A stretch of 64,000 nt of DNA from an uncultured Deferribacteres bacterium (GTDB lineage Bacteria > Zhuqueibacterota > Zhuqueibacteria > Zhuqueibacterales > Geothermadaptataceae): NCBI GenBank assembly GCA_964014485.1, contig CAXHAT010000003.1:30359-94358 (forward strand). The letters are read 5' to 3'. The notes under the pieces were generated by a model. The model searched no databases and had not been told where the DNA came from. It was given only the letters and a program-made list of their open reading frames with translations. Shown piece by piece: positions 38,788-47,946 of this stretch (position 1 is its first letter; each line of letters starts with the position of its first letter). The position numbers and the translations under genes were made by a program.

Positions 38788-41700
38788 TTAAGAATATAAG
38801 ATCGTTACATAAACTGCCTGACCTGAAAAACGCCAATTGGATATAAGTTCAATATTCGAATCGTTCCATCGTATCGTGTAAATGTCGTTTCTTTCTCTGA
38901 AAATAGTTCGATCCGATATAAATAAATTAGGTATGACAGAAAAGATTCTTTTATCACTGTGAGCTTTTGAAATCCCGTGTGCAATAGTTAGCTTGGGATC
39001 CACTCCCAGATCTATCCAGGGAAATGTCCCAGATAATCTTTTCGCATAAATTGGCTTCCCGTCTTCCAAATAGCCGACCACAGGCTTGGAGCCGTGCATG
39101 ACTTTTGTAAAAGCTGCGTGTCCGTCTCTGTTCATAAATGCGCTGATTCCGCCGCCTACGCCGCAAGCGATGCTACCTTCCGCATAAACATCCCAGGTAT
39201 GAACGCCGCCGCCCCAACCGGAGGGATAACCGGCATCCGGTTTATACCCGTTGGTACCTATTCTTCCAACACAGTAGGTGTCTCCGCTGCCGCCCGCGAC
39301 TTCTAGCAGGGGCTTCCAACCCGTGGAATAAACGCCGAATGCGTCCTGATCCCAAACATGCATCGCTAAGGTGTTTCGCCCCATCGCGCCTTTTGCCTTG
39401 TGCAAAAACTGGTAATCGCCGTCAGTTCCGAATTTGATCAGGTTTAGTCTGTCGTCGCCGCGCAGGCCAAAATCGCTGGCAATGTGCAGCGCCTTTTGGC
39501 CGCCCGTTTTGCCAATGTTTAGTTTAAAGTCATTCGGCCCGCCGCCAAAGCCGGTATTTCCGCTCGCGTGATCAATCGTTAACGCCAGTTCCGATTTGGA
39601 GGACCAAACATACCATTGGTTACCATGCGCCGTGGTACCATTGTCGAATTTCCAATCGCCGCCAACATGATAGCGGATCGCATTCCACCCAGCGTCTTTT
39701 GGTGAATCCGTGGTTAGGAAAACGCCTGCAGCATCATTTTGAACATGAAGCTTCGTCGCCGGTGCGGTTGTGCCAATACCGACATTGCCCGTTACCGTCA
39801 AGCCCGCTTTGGCGCCTTGGTTGTCGCCGATTTCGATGCGGCGCTGCCCTTCTCTTCCACTGCCCGCCTTGCCGCCGCCGGCTAAGCGGATATATGCTTC
39901 CGATTCACCGGTATTATGAAATTGCAGCCAGGCTTGTCTATTGACTCCGCCAGAATCTTCCGCAAGTGACATGGTTGGCTTGACCGGTGCGCAACACTGA
40001 CTCGCGCCGCTGCCACTCACATCCAATACGGCGCCGGGCGTTATTGTACCTACGCCGACGTTGCCGTCCTGCCTGATAACCATGCGCGGCGCTCCGCCCC
40101 TTGGACGAAATTCAAGAAGATGGTAATCGCCTTTTTGTGCGATATCCCAATAATTGCCTTTTTGTCCTTTCGGGCCTTGAATACTCAAAAACGCGTATTC
40201 ATCTTTGTTGGTATTGCGGATCCGAATATCTGCGCGATTACTCTCAACATGCAGTCTTGCTTCCGGTGCTGTCGTACCGATGCCAATACTACCTGTAACC
40301 GTCAGGCTTGCTTTGGCGCCCTGATTGTCTCCGATTTCGATACGACGCTGTCCTTCTCTGCCGCTGCCTGCTTCGCCGCCGCCGGCCAAACGAATATATG
40401 CTTCCGCTTCACCATGATTATGAAATTGCAGCCATGCCTGCCTATTGACTCTAATAGAATCTTCCGCCAGTGAGATTGTTGGTGGAACCGGTGCGCAACA
40501 CTGACTGGCGCCGCTGCCGCTGACATCCAGTGTCGCGCCGGGTGTTGACGTCCCGATACCAACTTTGCCGTCGGAAGAAATCTTTAGTCCTGATTTTGTG
40601 TTGCTCCATGGCGCAATAACAAAATCCGTCTTTGAATCAGGTTTGCCGTTTGAAAAGATTATGCCCGTGTTGCCGTTTAAAGAAATAGGGTTGTACCCGC
40701 CGCTGCTCAATTGGGCGACCAATCCCATATTCCACTTGTTCCCCGTGCCGTTCAGAATAATCGACATGTCGTTGATTTTGCCCTGAGCGACGGATAAACT
40801 CGCCCCCTTGCCAGCTTTCCCAATGGCAACATTGTCATGGAAGGATTGATTGCCGGAAAAGCTGTTTGCGCCCCGTGTTGCAACTTCATGCCAGGCAGGA
40901 TTGCTGCTTTCCTTTTTTGCCGCTACTTTTCTGAAAAACAGCCTGTCATTGACCGCATATGAAGCGGCAATTTGTAGTTGATGGTTGTTCTCGATATTGG
41001 AGTGTCTCGCCGTAATCAAGTGGCTCCACTCGTGGCTATTGTCAGGAACGTCGCCGGGTTCTTTCTGGTTGTGGCTTTGGTAAAAACCGGATTTCAATGG
41101 CGCGCCGAAATCCGAGATGCTATGTTCATAGCCGAGAAAAGCGTTGCCTTCTATATCGAGCTTTGCGCCCGGCGTATATGTGCCAATGCCAACATTGCCG
41201 TCTTTTTGGATCACCATTCTTGCCGCTGGCGCGACAACCTCCCCGGACTTTGTGTTTCCTCCTTGCGCAAAGAAATCTATTCTTCCCCACTGGGATACCA
41301 TGCCGGAATAGCCGTAATCTTTGTCATGCGTATAGGGCGTGAATAACTTATGGCGATTCTCCCCGCTTTGCATAACCGCTAGATTCGATCCGAAAACCCC
41401 GCGTCCGCTTGAAGAACCGGAGATGCTGGCGCCAAAATGAGCGCCCACGATGAGTTGAGCTTGCGGCTCGTGCATTCCAATCCCGACATTACCGTCCTGC
41501 TGAATAACCACCGCTGATCCTGAGACGCCGTGAGCAACTTTGGGATTGAAATAAAACTTGTTCCCCGCCTGGCTGCTGTTTCCAACTTCCCAACGCCCAT
41601 GCTTAGTCTCATAAAATCGAAAAAACTGATGCAACTTTTCTCCGCCCTTGAGCTGGACGCGCAGATTGCCATCAGATTCGAAATGCGCGACTTCTTCTTT

Positions 41701-42921
41701 TTTATCTAACCTGCGAACGTGAAGCCTGTGGTTTGGCTCTGTTACCCCGATGCCCACATTTCCATTCGCATTTACGCTCATTCTTACCTTGTTTTGTGGC
41801 GCTTCCGCCTGAAAAATTGGCGTAGTGCCGCTGGCCGACGTAGCAACGCGCAAGCCCCAGCCCTCAGCATGGTTCTGGTCAATGAAAACAGCAGGTTGTT
41901 TTGGGGCATTATCGACGATTGTTAGTTTTTCTTTTGGCGCGGTCGTCCCAATGCCAACATTGCCCCTTTTCAAGGTGATCCCATCATGCCAATCGGAGTC
42001 CTGGTACCATTGCAAAGCTCCGGTGCTGTTGCCAATGGCTTTCAAGCGAACGCCGAAATTGCCGCCGAATTTTGTCTGAACAAAACCGCCGTCTTTCCCA
42101 TGAGCAATCACCCCCTTTGCTTCCGAATCATCCGCCCCCGTCCAAATGTCGCCGTCGACATGCAATTTTGCTCTCGGCGCAGTCGTTCCAATCCCCACAT
42201 TACCGCCGTCCGGCTGTAAAACCAGCGAACCGTAGCCGTTTATCCAGGCGTTGTCCTGATCTTTGTAGCGCAAACCCATGGTCATCGTCGTCCCCGTTCC
42301 CGGAGCGCTGGTCATCTTGAAGGTTGGGTTCGCCTCCGGCGTGTTGTTCAACGGGCCGTTGAGGTGCAGACTCGCCCCCGGCTCCATCGTCCCCACGCCA
42401 ACCCGGTCGAAATAGCCATAACCCGTCGCCCCGGACATGCGGCGCACATGCGGCGCTTCGCCATCATCGAGACGCTCGATCTTGCCCTCCTTGAGCAGCA
42501 CGCGCGCTAGAATGATCTTTTTGCCTATATGCTCGGCAATCTCGCTTGCAGATATGAGTTCGATCTTGTTGCCTTCGATCACCCGATGAATGAAAGTCGG
42601 CAAGTCTTCATCTTCCGGTTCGTAAGTTTCGTCATAGCTGATCGTGACAAAATGATGACCGTCGGCAAGTTCAGCCAACTCCAACAGTTCCGGTGCTTCG
42701 AGTTCCAGTTCCTGGCCGGAGTTGTCCATCGCCAGTCCTGGCGTGATTTTGACGTCTTCGTTGTTTTCCTTTTGTACGTTCAGCCCGAAGATGACGCCCC
42801 AGGTATGCAGGCCGCGGTTGTGCAAAAGCCGCATTTCCTGATGATAGCTCTGATCATGAGCGTGATCATCCCATTCAGCGGGAAAGTTTTCATAATAATG
42901 GACGCGGTTGAACTTTGGCAT
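38788..42921 (-). CDS. eCIS tail fibre A (Afp13-like), 1377 aa
   Basis: N-terminal R.HYY...Q.YH...R.LHNR.LHTWGV..GL.V attachment domain; many GNVGIGT..P...LHV repeats. Confidence 0.88.
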   Translation of the reverse strand: MPKFNRVHYYENFPAEWDDHAHDQSYHQEMRLLHNRGLHTWGVIFGLNVQKENNEDVKITPGLAMDNSGQELELEAPELLELAELADGHHFVTISYDETYEPEDEDLPTFIHRVIEGNKIELISASEIAEHIGKKIILARVLLKEGKIERLDDGEAPHVRRMSGATGYGYFDRVGVGTMEPGASLHLNGPLNNTPEANPTFKMTSAPGTGTTMTMGLRYKDQDNAWINGYGSLVLQPDGGNVGIGTTAPRAKLHVDGDIWTGADDSEAKGVIAHGKDGGFVQTKFGGNFGVRLKAIGNSTGALQWYQDSDWHDGITLKRGNVGIGTTAPKEKLTIVDNAPKQPAVFIDQNHAEGWGLRVATSASGTTPIFQAEAPQNKVRMSVNANGNVGIGVTEPNHRLHVRRLDKKEEVAHFESDGNLRVQLKGGEKLHQFFRFYETKHGRWEVGNSSQAGNKFYFNPKVAHGVSGSAVVIQQDGNVGIGMHEPQAQLIVGAHFGASISGSSSGRGVFGSNLAVMQSGENRHKLFTPYTHDKDYGYSGMVSQWGRIDFFAQGGNTKSGEVVAPAARMVIQKDGNVGIGTYTPGAKLDIEGNAFLGYEHSISDFGAPLKSGFYQSHNQKEPGDVPDNSHEWSHLITARHSNIENNHQLQIAASYAVNDRLFFRKVAAKKESSNPAWHEVATRGANSFSGNQSFHDNVAIGKAGKGASLSVAQGKINDMSIILNGTGNKWNMGLVAQLSSGGYNPISLNGNTGIIFSNGKPDSKTDFVIAPWSNTKSGLKISSDGKVGIGTSTPGATLDVSGSGASQCCAPVPPTISLAEDSIRVNRQAWLQFHNHGEAEAYIRLAGGGEAGSGREGQRRIEIGDNQGAKASLTVTGSIGIGTTAPEARLHVESNRADIRIRNTNKDEYAFLSIQGPKGQKGNYWDIAQKGDYHLLEFRPRGGAPRMVIRQDGNVGVGTITPGAVLDVSGSGASQCCAPVKPTMSLAEDSGGVNRQAWLQFHNTGESEAYIRLAGGGKAGSGREGQRRIEIGDNQGAKAGLTVTGNVGIGTTAPATKLHVQNDAAGVFLTTDSPKDAGWNAIRYHVGGDWKFDNGTTAHGNQWYVWSSKSELALTIDHASGNTGFGGGPNDFKLNIGKTGGQKALHIASDFGLRGDDRLNLIKFGTDGDYQFLHKAKGAMGRNTLAMHVWDQDAFGVYSTGWKPLLEVAGGSGDTYCVGRIGTNGYKPDAGYPSGWGGGVHTWDVYAEGSIACGVGGGISAFMNRDGHAAFTKVMHGSKPVVGYLEDGKPIYAKRLSGTFPWIDLGVDPKLTIAHGISKAHSDKRIFSVIPNLFISDRTIFRERNDIYTIRWNDSNIELISNWRFSGQAVYVTILYS

Positions 42922-42985
42922 GGGTTCCTCCCAAGGGTTTAATTCAATAAATCAGAAGTTTAAGAGTAACAGTGACAAGCCTTAT

Positions 42986-45900
42986 TCACACGGTCTTTGC
43001 AGTTCGAATTTCGTCGATGATTTTTTGCTGTTCTTTGATAGCTTCGATCAGTAAGGGAATCAAGCCATTGTAATTAACGGATAGCGCTGCATTTTCGTCA
43101 TGCCGATCTTTCTCAACCAAAGAAGGAATGATCTTTTCGACTTCCTGTGCGATAACTCCAAGCTGGGCGCCATCACTTCGCTGGACAGCCTCTTTCCAAT
43201 TGAAACTAACGCCGCGCAGCTGAAGAACTTTTTGTAGAGCTGATTTCAGAGGCTTGATGTTGCGTTTTTCTCGGATATCGGAATTATGCACGGTACCGCC
43301 TTTCACTTTTATTTTGCCGTCGCCTCTAATCTCGAAAATCGGTTGTGAATGACCGCTATGCCAGAAATCAAAGCCGCCAACCCATCCAGCACCTCTATGC
43401 GTCCAAAAGCAGGTCTCACCCTTACCGCCGCTTTTATTCCAATTGATCAAAAATTCCGTGCCTTTCATAGGAGGATTTTTGCCATCGCTATTTGTGTTCT
43501 GAAGCCTGAGATCGCCATTGACATGCAGCCTGACATTCGGGGCGGATACTCCAATACCAACATTGCCGTTCGTTCTTACTCGAAAACGGTTCCCACTCGA
43601 TCCAACTTGTAATTCCCCATCAGTCCGCAGAACTCCTGTGTTCTGATAAATATTCTTATTACCATAGGTACGAATCCAGGTAGAATCCGTCATACGCCAT
43701 CCACCGCCATAGGTTTGGCTATACCACCCTGTACTTCCATAAGTACGAATCCATCCGCCGCCATTATCTCGCAGAACCCCTTCAGGCGCCACAATGGCCC
43801 CATGAACTTTGATGTCTGATGATGTTTCGATTTGTTCCGAAAAATAAGCATTCCCGGATACGCTCAGTTTCGCATTTCCGGGAAGCCTGCCTATACCAAC
43901 CTTGCCATCCATGCTCAAAGCAAGCGCTTCTGAACCCGCATTGTATTTGAAGCGTAATGCATTTTTTAATGTCCCTGACAATCCGCTATCAACTAAAATA
44001 TTCCAATCCGAGCCGCTGTCCTTGCCTTCGAGAACAAAATGACTTTGCCAAGAGGAACTACTGGTTTTGACATGGAATTTAGAATCAGGGGCATTGGTTC
44101 CAATGCCGACTTTCCCGCCAGTTATGCGCATAGTTTCGGATGCGCCGCCGCCCGACATGAATTTGGTAAATCCTACTTTTCTGCCAATTTCAATGTAGTG
44201 GTTCGTATGATCGTTGTCATATCCGATATGCAAATTGCTGCCTGTCCAGTCGATTACACGTCCTTTCACTTCCAGTTCGTGCCAGTTGCCACGTAAAACC
44301 AGTGCGTCTCGCTCTGTTCGCTTAGCGCCATATAATCTTGTGGCGACATTCCCATTGAATCTCAAAGTACCGTGAACGTCTAATTTGTCCTTAGGGGCGC
44401 TCGTGCCTATACCGACTTTACCTCCTCCATTGACCACAAAGCGGTTCCCGTTTGGGCCGACTTGAAGTTCACCATCAGTTCGTAAGATGCCTGTGTTTTG
44501 ATAAATACTTTTGCCGTTGTAACTACGAATCCAGGTAGAATCCGTCATATGCCACCCCCCGCCATGTGTTTGGTTATACCAGCCGGTATTTTCATAAGTA
44601 CGCACCCAACCACCGCCGCTATCGCGAAGAGCTCCTTTGGAGCATAAAATTGCACCGTTGATATTGGCGTTTCCGCTAACTTGTAGCGCACCATTGACTT
44701 GAAGCACGCCAGAATCCGCATTCAATTGCATATGATATTTATTACTCTTCTCATCCCCGAAATAGAAGGCTCGGTTTTTACCACTATGTAATCCAAACAT
44801 CAACCCACTGCCGGGGTGGGTAATGGCGGAGTGCGCATCCTGGCTCAATCTGATTGCTTCATACCATCCCCTCCATGCAGTCGTACCGGCTTTAATATCC
44901 AATTGTGCGCTTGGCGATGTTGTGCCGATACCGACCTGTCCGTGCTCGGTGATGAGCATCTTCGCTTCACTACCCGGTAATTGACCGTTGCCCGGCACAT
45001 GTAAGCTAAGAAAGTCGCCGACTTGCTTGTTCCAACCTGTTTTGAGGATTAAGTTCGCATCCATACCCATTGTTTTCAAACTAGCCCCGTAGGCGAGAGC
45101 TATGTCGCCGTCAACAGATAATTTCGCATTCGGACTGACGACGCCGACGCCGACATTGCCGCCGCCCCGTATAGCCAGAATCGGTTTTCTAACGCCGTCC
45201 GCTGGGGTGAATCCTTCGATAGCGATGCCGCCGTCGACAACTCCGCCGCCGCCATTGGTGTCGATCATTCTAAAAACGCGTGCATCCTTAGCGGCTCCAA
45301 AATAATCGTTGTCTCCAAGAAACTCCAAGCCTTCCCCTATATCGAGCTTGAGTTTACCGGCTATATGCAACTTCGCCGCCGGGGATGCAGTGCCAACGCC
45401 GATTTTGCCTTTCACAACCAAATCGTTTTTGCCGGGGTTTGCGTAGGCAAAACTATCGGATATAAGAACGCCGCCGACTTTCAATCCTGAGGCGGAAGCG
45501 GAATCCGGAGAATTGAGCAACCCCAAGTAACGGTTGAGTTCTTTTTTGCCGGTTCCCGTGTAAAGGTAGGCATGGCTGCCCGTATCTATAGTCAGATGTC
45601 CGGCGATGTGAAGCGGCGTGCGCGGTTGCGTTGTGCGGATACCGACATTGCCGTCAGCCTGAATGGTTAATTTTTCCGAGTTGTTATGAAGAATACTGGA
45701 TTTGGCGGAATCTCCTGCGACCCCAAGGTACCATTCATCAGTTTTATTATTCCCCGTCCATGAAAGACCAGCATAGTTATCCGTCCGCTCGACGCCCATG
45801 CCATACTCGGAACGAATGCCGCCATGAACATCTAAGGTAACACCTGCTCCTCCGAATTGTGTTGGTGATGCTGTTCCAATGCCGATATTGCCGTCTTGCT

Positions 45901-47278
45901 GGATAACCAATGCCGAGCCTGAAATACCGTGTGCAACTTTGGGATTGAAATAAAACTTGTTTTCCGCCGCACTGCTGTTGCCAACTTCCCAACGCCCATG
46001 ATCAGTCTCATAAAAGCGAAAAAACTGATGCTTCTTTTCCCCGCCTTTGAGCAGAACGCGCAGATTGTCATTGGATTCAAAATGAGCGACTTCTTCTTTA
46101 TTATCTGATCGGTGAACGTGAATTTTAGCGTTTGGTGCGGTTGTGCCAATGCCGACATTGCCGTCCGCGTTTACAATCATCCTGACCTCATTCTGCGGCG
46201 CTTCAGCGCGAAAAATTGGTGTTGTTCCAGTGCCGGAAGTCGCGACGCGAAGGCCCCAGCCGTCGCCGTTTTGGTCGATAAATGCTGCGGGCCGTCCCGA
46301 ACCATTGTCAACAACCGTCAATTTTTCGCCAGGGTTCGGTGTACCAACGCCGATGTTGCCGCTTGAATGGATAACCAAACTTCGGTTCGTCACTTCATTG
46401 AAGGAAAAAGACAAAAACGAACTCCCCGGATTGCCTTCGGTATTGACGCCGAAATGATCGCCTTCCGTCCATGTTTTGCGTCTCAATCTTAGCGCATGAT
46501 CATCTTGTGAATGCACTTCTAAAGTTGAATCCGGCGTTTCTGCGCCAATGCCCACTTTACCGCCGTCCGGCTGCAAAACCAATGATCCGTAGCCGTTTAT
46601 CCAGGCGTTATCCTGATCGCCATAGCGCAAACCCATCGTCATCGTCGTCCCGGTTCCCGGAGCGCTGGTCAGCTTGAAGGTTGGGTTCGCATCCGGCGTG
46701 TTGTTCAACGGGCCGTTGAGGTGCAGACTCGCCCCCGGCTCCATCGTCCCCACGCCAACCCGGTCGAAATAGCCATAACCCGTCGCCCCGGACATGCGGC
46801 GCACATGCGGCGCTTCGCCATCATCGAGACGCTCGATCTTGCCCTCCTTGAGCAGCACGCGCGCTAGAATGATCTTTTTGCCTATATGCTCGGCAATCTC
46901 GCTTGCAGATATGAGTTCGATCTTGTTGCCTTCGATCACCCGATGAATGAAAGTCGGCAAGTCTTCATCTTCCGGTTCGTAAGTTTCGTCATAGCTGATC
47001 GTGACAAAATGATGACCGTCGGCAAGTTCAGCCAACTCCAACAGTTCCGGTGCTTCGAGTTCCAGTTCCTGGCCGGAGTTGTCCATCGCCAGTCCTGGCG
47101 TGATTTTGACGTCTTCGTTGTTTTCCTTTTGTACGTTCAGCCCGAAGATGACGCCCCAGGTATGCAGGCCGCGGTTGTGCAAAAGCCGCATTTCCTGATG
47201 ATAGCTCTGATCATGAGCGTGATCATCCCATTCAGCGGGAAAGTTTTCATAATAATGGACGCGGTTGAACTTTGGCAT
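42986..47278 (-). CDS. eCIS tail fibre B (Afp13-like) with peptidase S74 intramolecular chaperone, 1430 aa
   Basis: Same N-terminus; GNVGIG repeats; C-terminal SD.R.K.NI..L..AL..V..LRGV.F.WK...GVIAQEVE...V.Y..LIPLLIEAIKEQ. Confidence 0.9.
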   Translation of the reverse strand: MPKFNRVHYYENFPAEWDDHAHDQSYHQEMRLLHNRGLHTWGVIFGLNVQKENNEDVKITPGLAMDNSGQELELEAPELLELAELADGHHFVTISYDETYEPEDEDLPTFIHRVIEGNKIELISASEIAEHIGKKIILARVLLKEGKIERLDDGEAPHVRRMSGATGYGYFDRVGVGTMEPGASLHLNGPLNNTPDANPTFKLTSAPGTGTTMTMGLRYGDQDNAWINGYGSLVLQPDGGKVGIGAETPDSTLEVHSQDDHALRLRRKTWTEGDHFGVNTEGNPGSSFLSFSFNEVTNRSLVIHSSGNIGVGTPNPGEKLTVVDNGSGRPAAFIDQNGDGWGLRVATSGTGTTPIFRAEAPQNEVRMIVNADGNVGIGTTAPNAKIHVHRSDNKEEVAHFESNDNLRVLLKGGEKKHQFFRFYETDHGRWEVGNSSAAENKFYFNPKVAHGISGSALVIQQDGNIGIGTASPTQFGGAGVTLDVHGGIRSEYGMGVERTDNYAGLSWTGNNKTDEWYLGVAGDSAKSSILHNNSEKLTIQADGNVGIRTTQPRTPLHIAGHLTIDTGSHAYLYTGTGKKELNRYLGLLNSPDSASASGLKVGGVLISDSFAYANPGKNDLVVKGKIGVGTASPAAKLHIAGKLKLDIGEGLEFLGDNDYFGAAKDARVFRMIDTNGGGGVVDGGIAIEGFTPADGVRKPILAIRGGGNVGVGVVSPNAKLSVDGDIALAYGASLKTMGMDANLILKTGWNKQVGDFLSLHVPGNGQLPGSEAKMLITEHGQVGIGTTSPSAQLDIKAGTTAWRGWYEAIRLSQDAHSAITHPGSGLMFGLHSGKNRAFYFGDEKSNKYHMQLNADSGVLQVNGALQVSGNANINGAILCSKGALRDSGGGWVRTYENTGWYNQTHGGGWHMTDSTWIRSYNGKSIYQNTGILRTDGELQVGPNGNRFVVNGGGKVGIGTSAPKDKLDVHGTLRFNGNVATRLYGAKRTERDALVLRGNWHELEVKGRVIDWTGSNLHIGYDNDHTNHYIEIGRKVGFTKFMSGGGASETMRITGGKVGIGTNAPDSKFHVKTSSSSWQSHFVLEGKDSGSDWNILVDSGLSGTLKNALRFKYNAGSEALALSMDGKVGIGRLPGNAKLSVSGNAYFSEQIETSSDIKVHGAIVAPEGVLRDNGGGWIRTYGSTGWYSQTYGGGWRMTDSTWIRTYGNKNIYQNTGVLRTDGELQVGSSGNRFRVRTNGNVGIGVSAPNVRLHVNGDLRLQNTNSDGKNPPMKGTEFLINWNKSGGKGETCFWTHRGAGWVGGFDFWHSGHSQPIFEIRGDGKIKVKGGTVHNSDIREKRNIKPLKSALQKVLQLRGVSFNWKEAVQRSDGAQLGVIAQEVEKIIPSLVEKDRHDENAALSVNYNGLIPLLIEAIKEQQKIIDEIRTAKTV

Positions 47279-47382
47279 GGGTTCCTCTGAAAGTTAAAAT
47301 TAAAAATCGAATGCATGAGAGACGAACCCATTAGGCAGTCGGTCATGCAAACTTCTAAGCACATAAATTGAGGTCCAGTAAA

Positions 47383-47946
47383 CTATTCAAAATTCGGCAA
47401 CGGATGTGGGAATTCGATATCATAAAAAGTGTGCGCAGGCTTAATCTGGTCGAGAACGCGATGCATCTTGATTATATCAATTTTCACATATTTGTATTTA
47501 TCATTCTCATCTGGTTTGGCAAGTGATTCCCACGTAACTTTAAACTCATGTGCATTTAAATCATCAGATTTTTCATGAATTTTCACATTCCTAAAACGTG
47601 GATAGGAATTGAGTATAAATTCAAGACCTTCGACAGTGCCGCGTTCCGCGTAAATCCGGTTTATATGACTGGTGAGAAACCGCTGCAAGTCTTCGGGCCA
47701 GTCACTATCGAGATCGAAAGCGAACCAACCCGCCAACCAAGGTAGAAAATCTCGTTGAACAGCCCAGGCGTCAAATAACCAGGGCAATTGATCGATTTCC
47801 TTTTCAAAGTTGAAGAAGAGCGTCTCGAAGATTTTCAGGAATTGCTCGATGAATGGCGTCTCGCCGTCCGCAGTTGCGGCGTCTTGGAACAAATCGGGCA
47901 GATAGTCGAGAAAGCGTTCATTTACAGCCATAATTAAATCAATCAA
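47383..47946 (-). CDS. phage tail protein I-like baseplate wedge (Afp12-like)
   Basis: YLP.LF, FL.IFE, FLPWLAGW, IY..RGT..GL, KPAHT. Confidence 0.88.
   Translation of the reverse strand: MIDLIMAVNERFLDYLPDLFQDAATADGETPFIEQFLKIFETLFFNFEKEIDQLPWLFDAWAVQRDFLPWLAGWFAFDLDSDWPEDLQRFLTSHINRIYAERGTVEGLEFILNSYPRFRNVKIHEKSDDLNAHEFKVTWESLAKPDENDKYKYVKIDIIKMHRVLDQIKPAHTFYDIEFPHPLPNFE

Noticed and set aside
38788..47278. DGR or shufflon acting on the fibres
   Set aside because: No reverse transcriptase, differences between repeats are not adenine-specific, no inverted silent cassettes and no adjacent invertase
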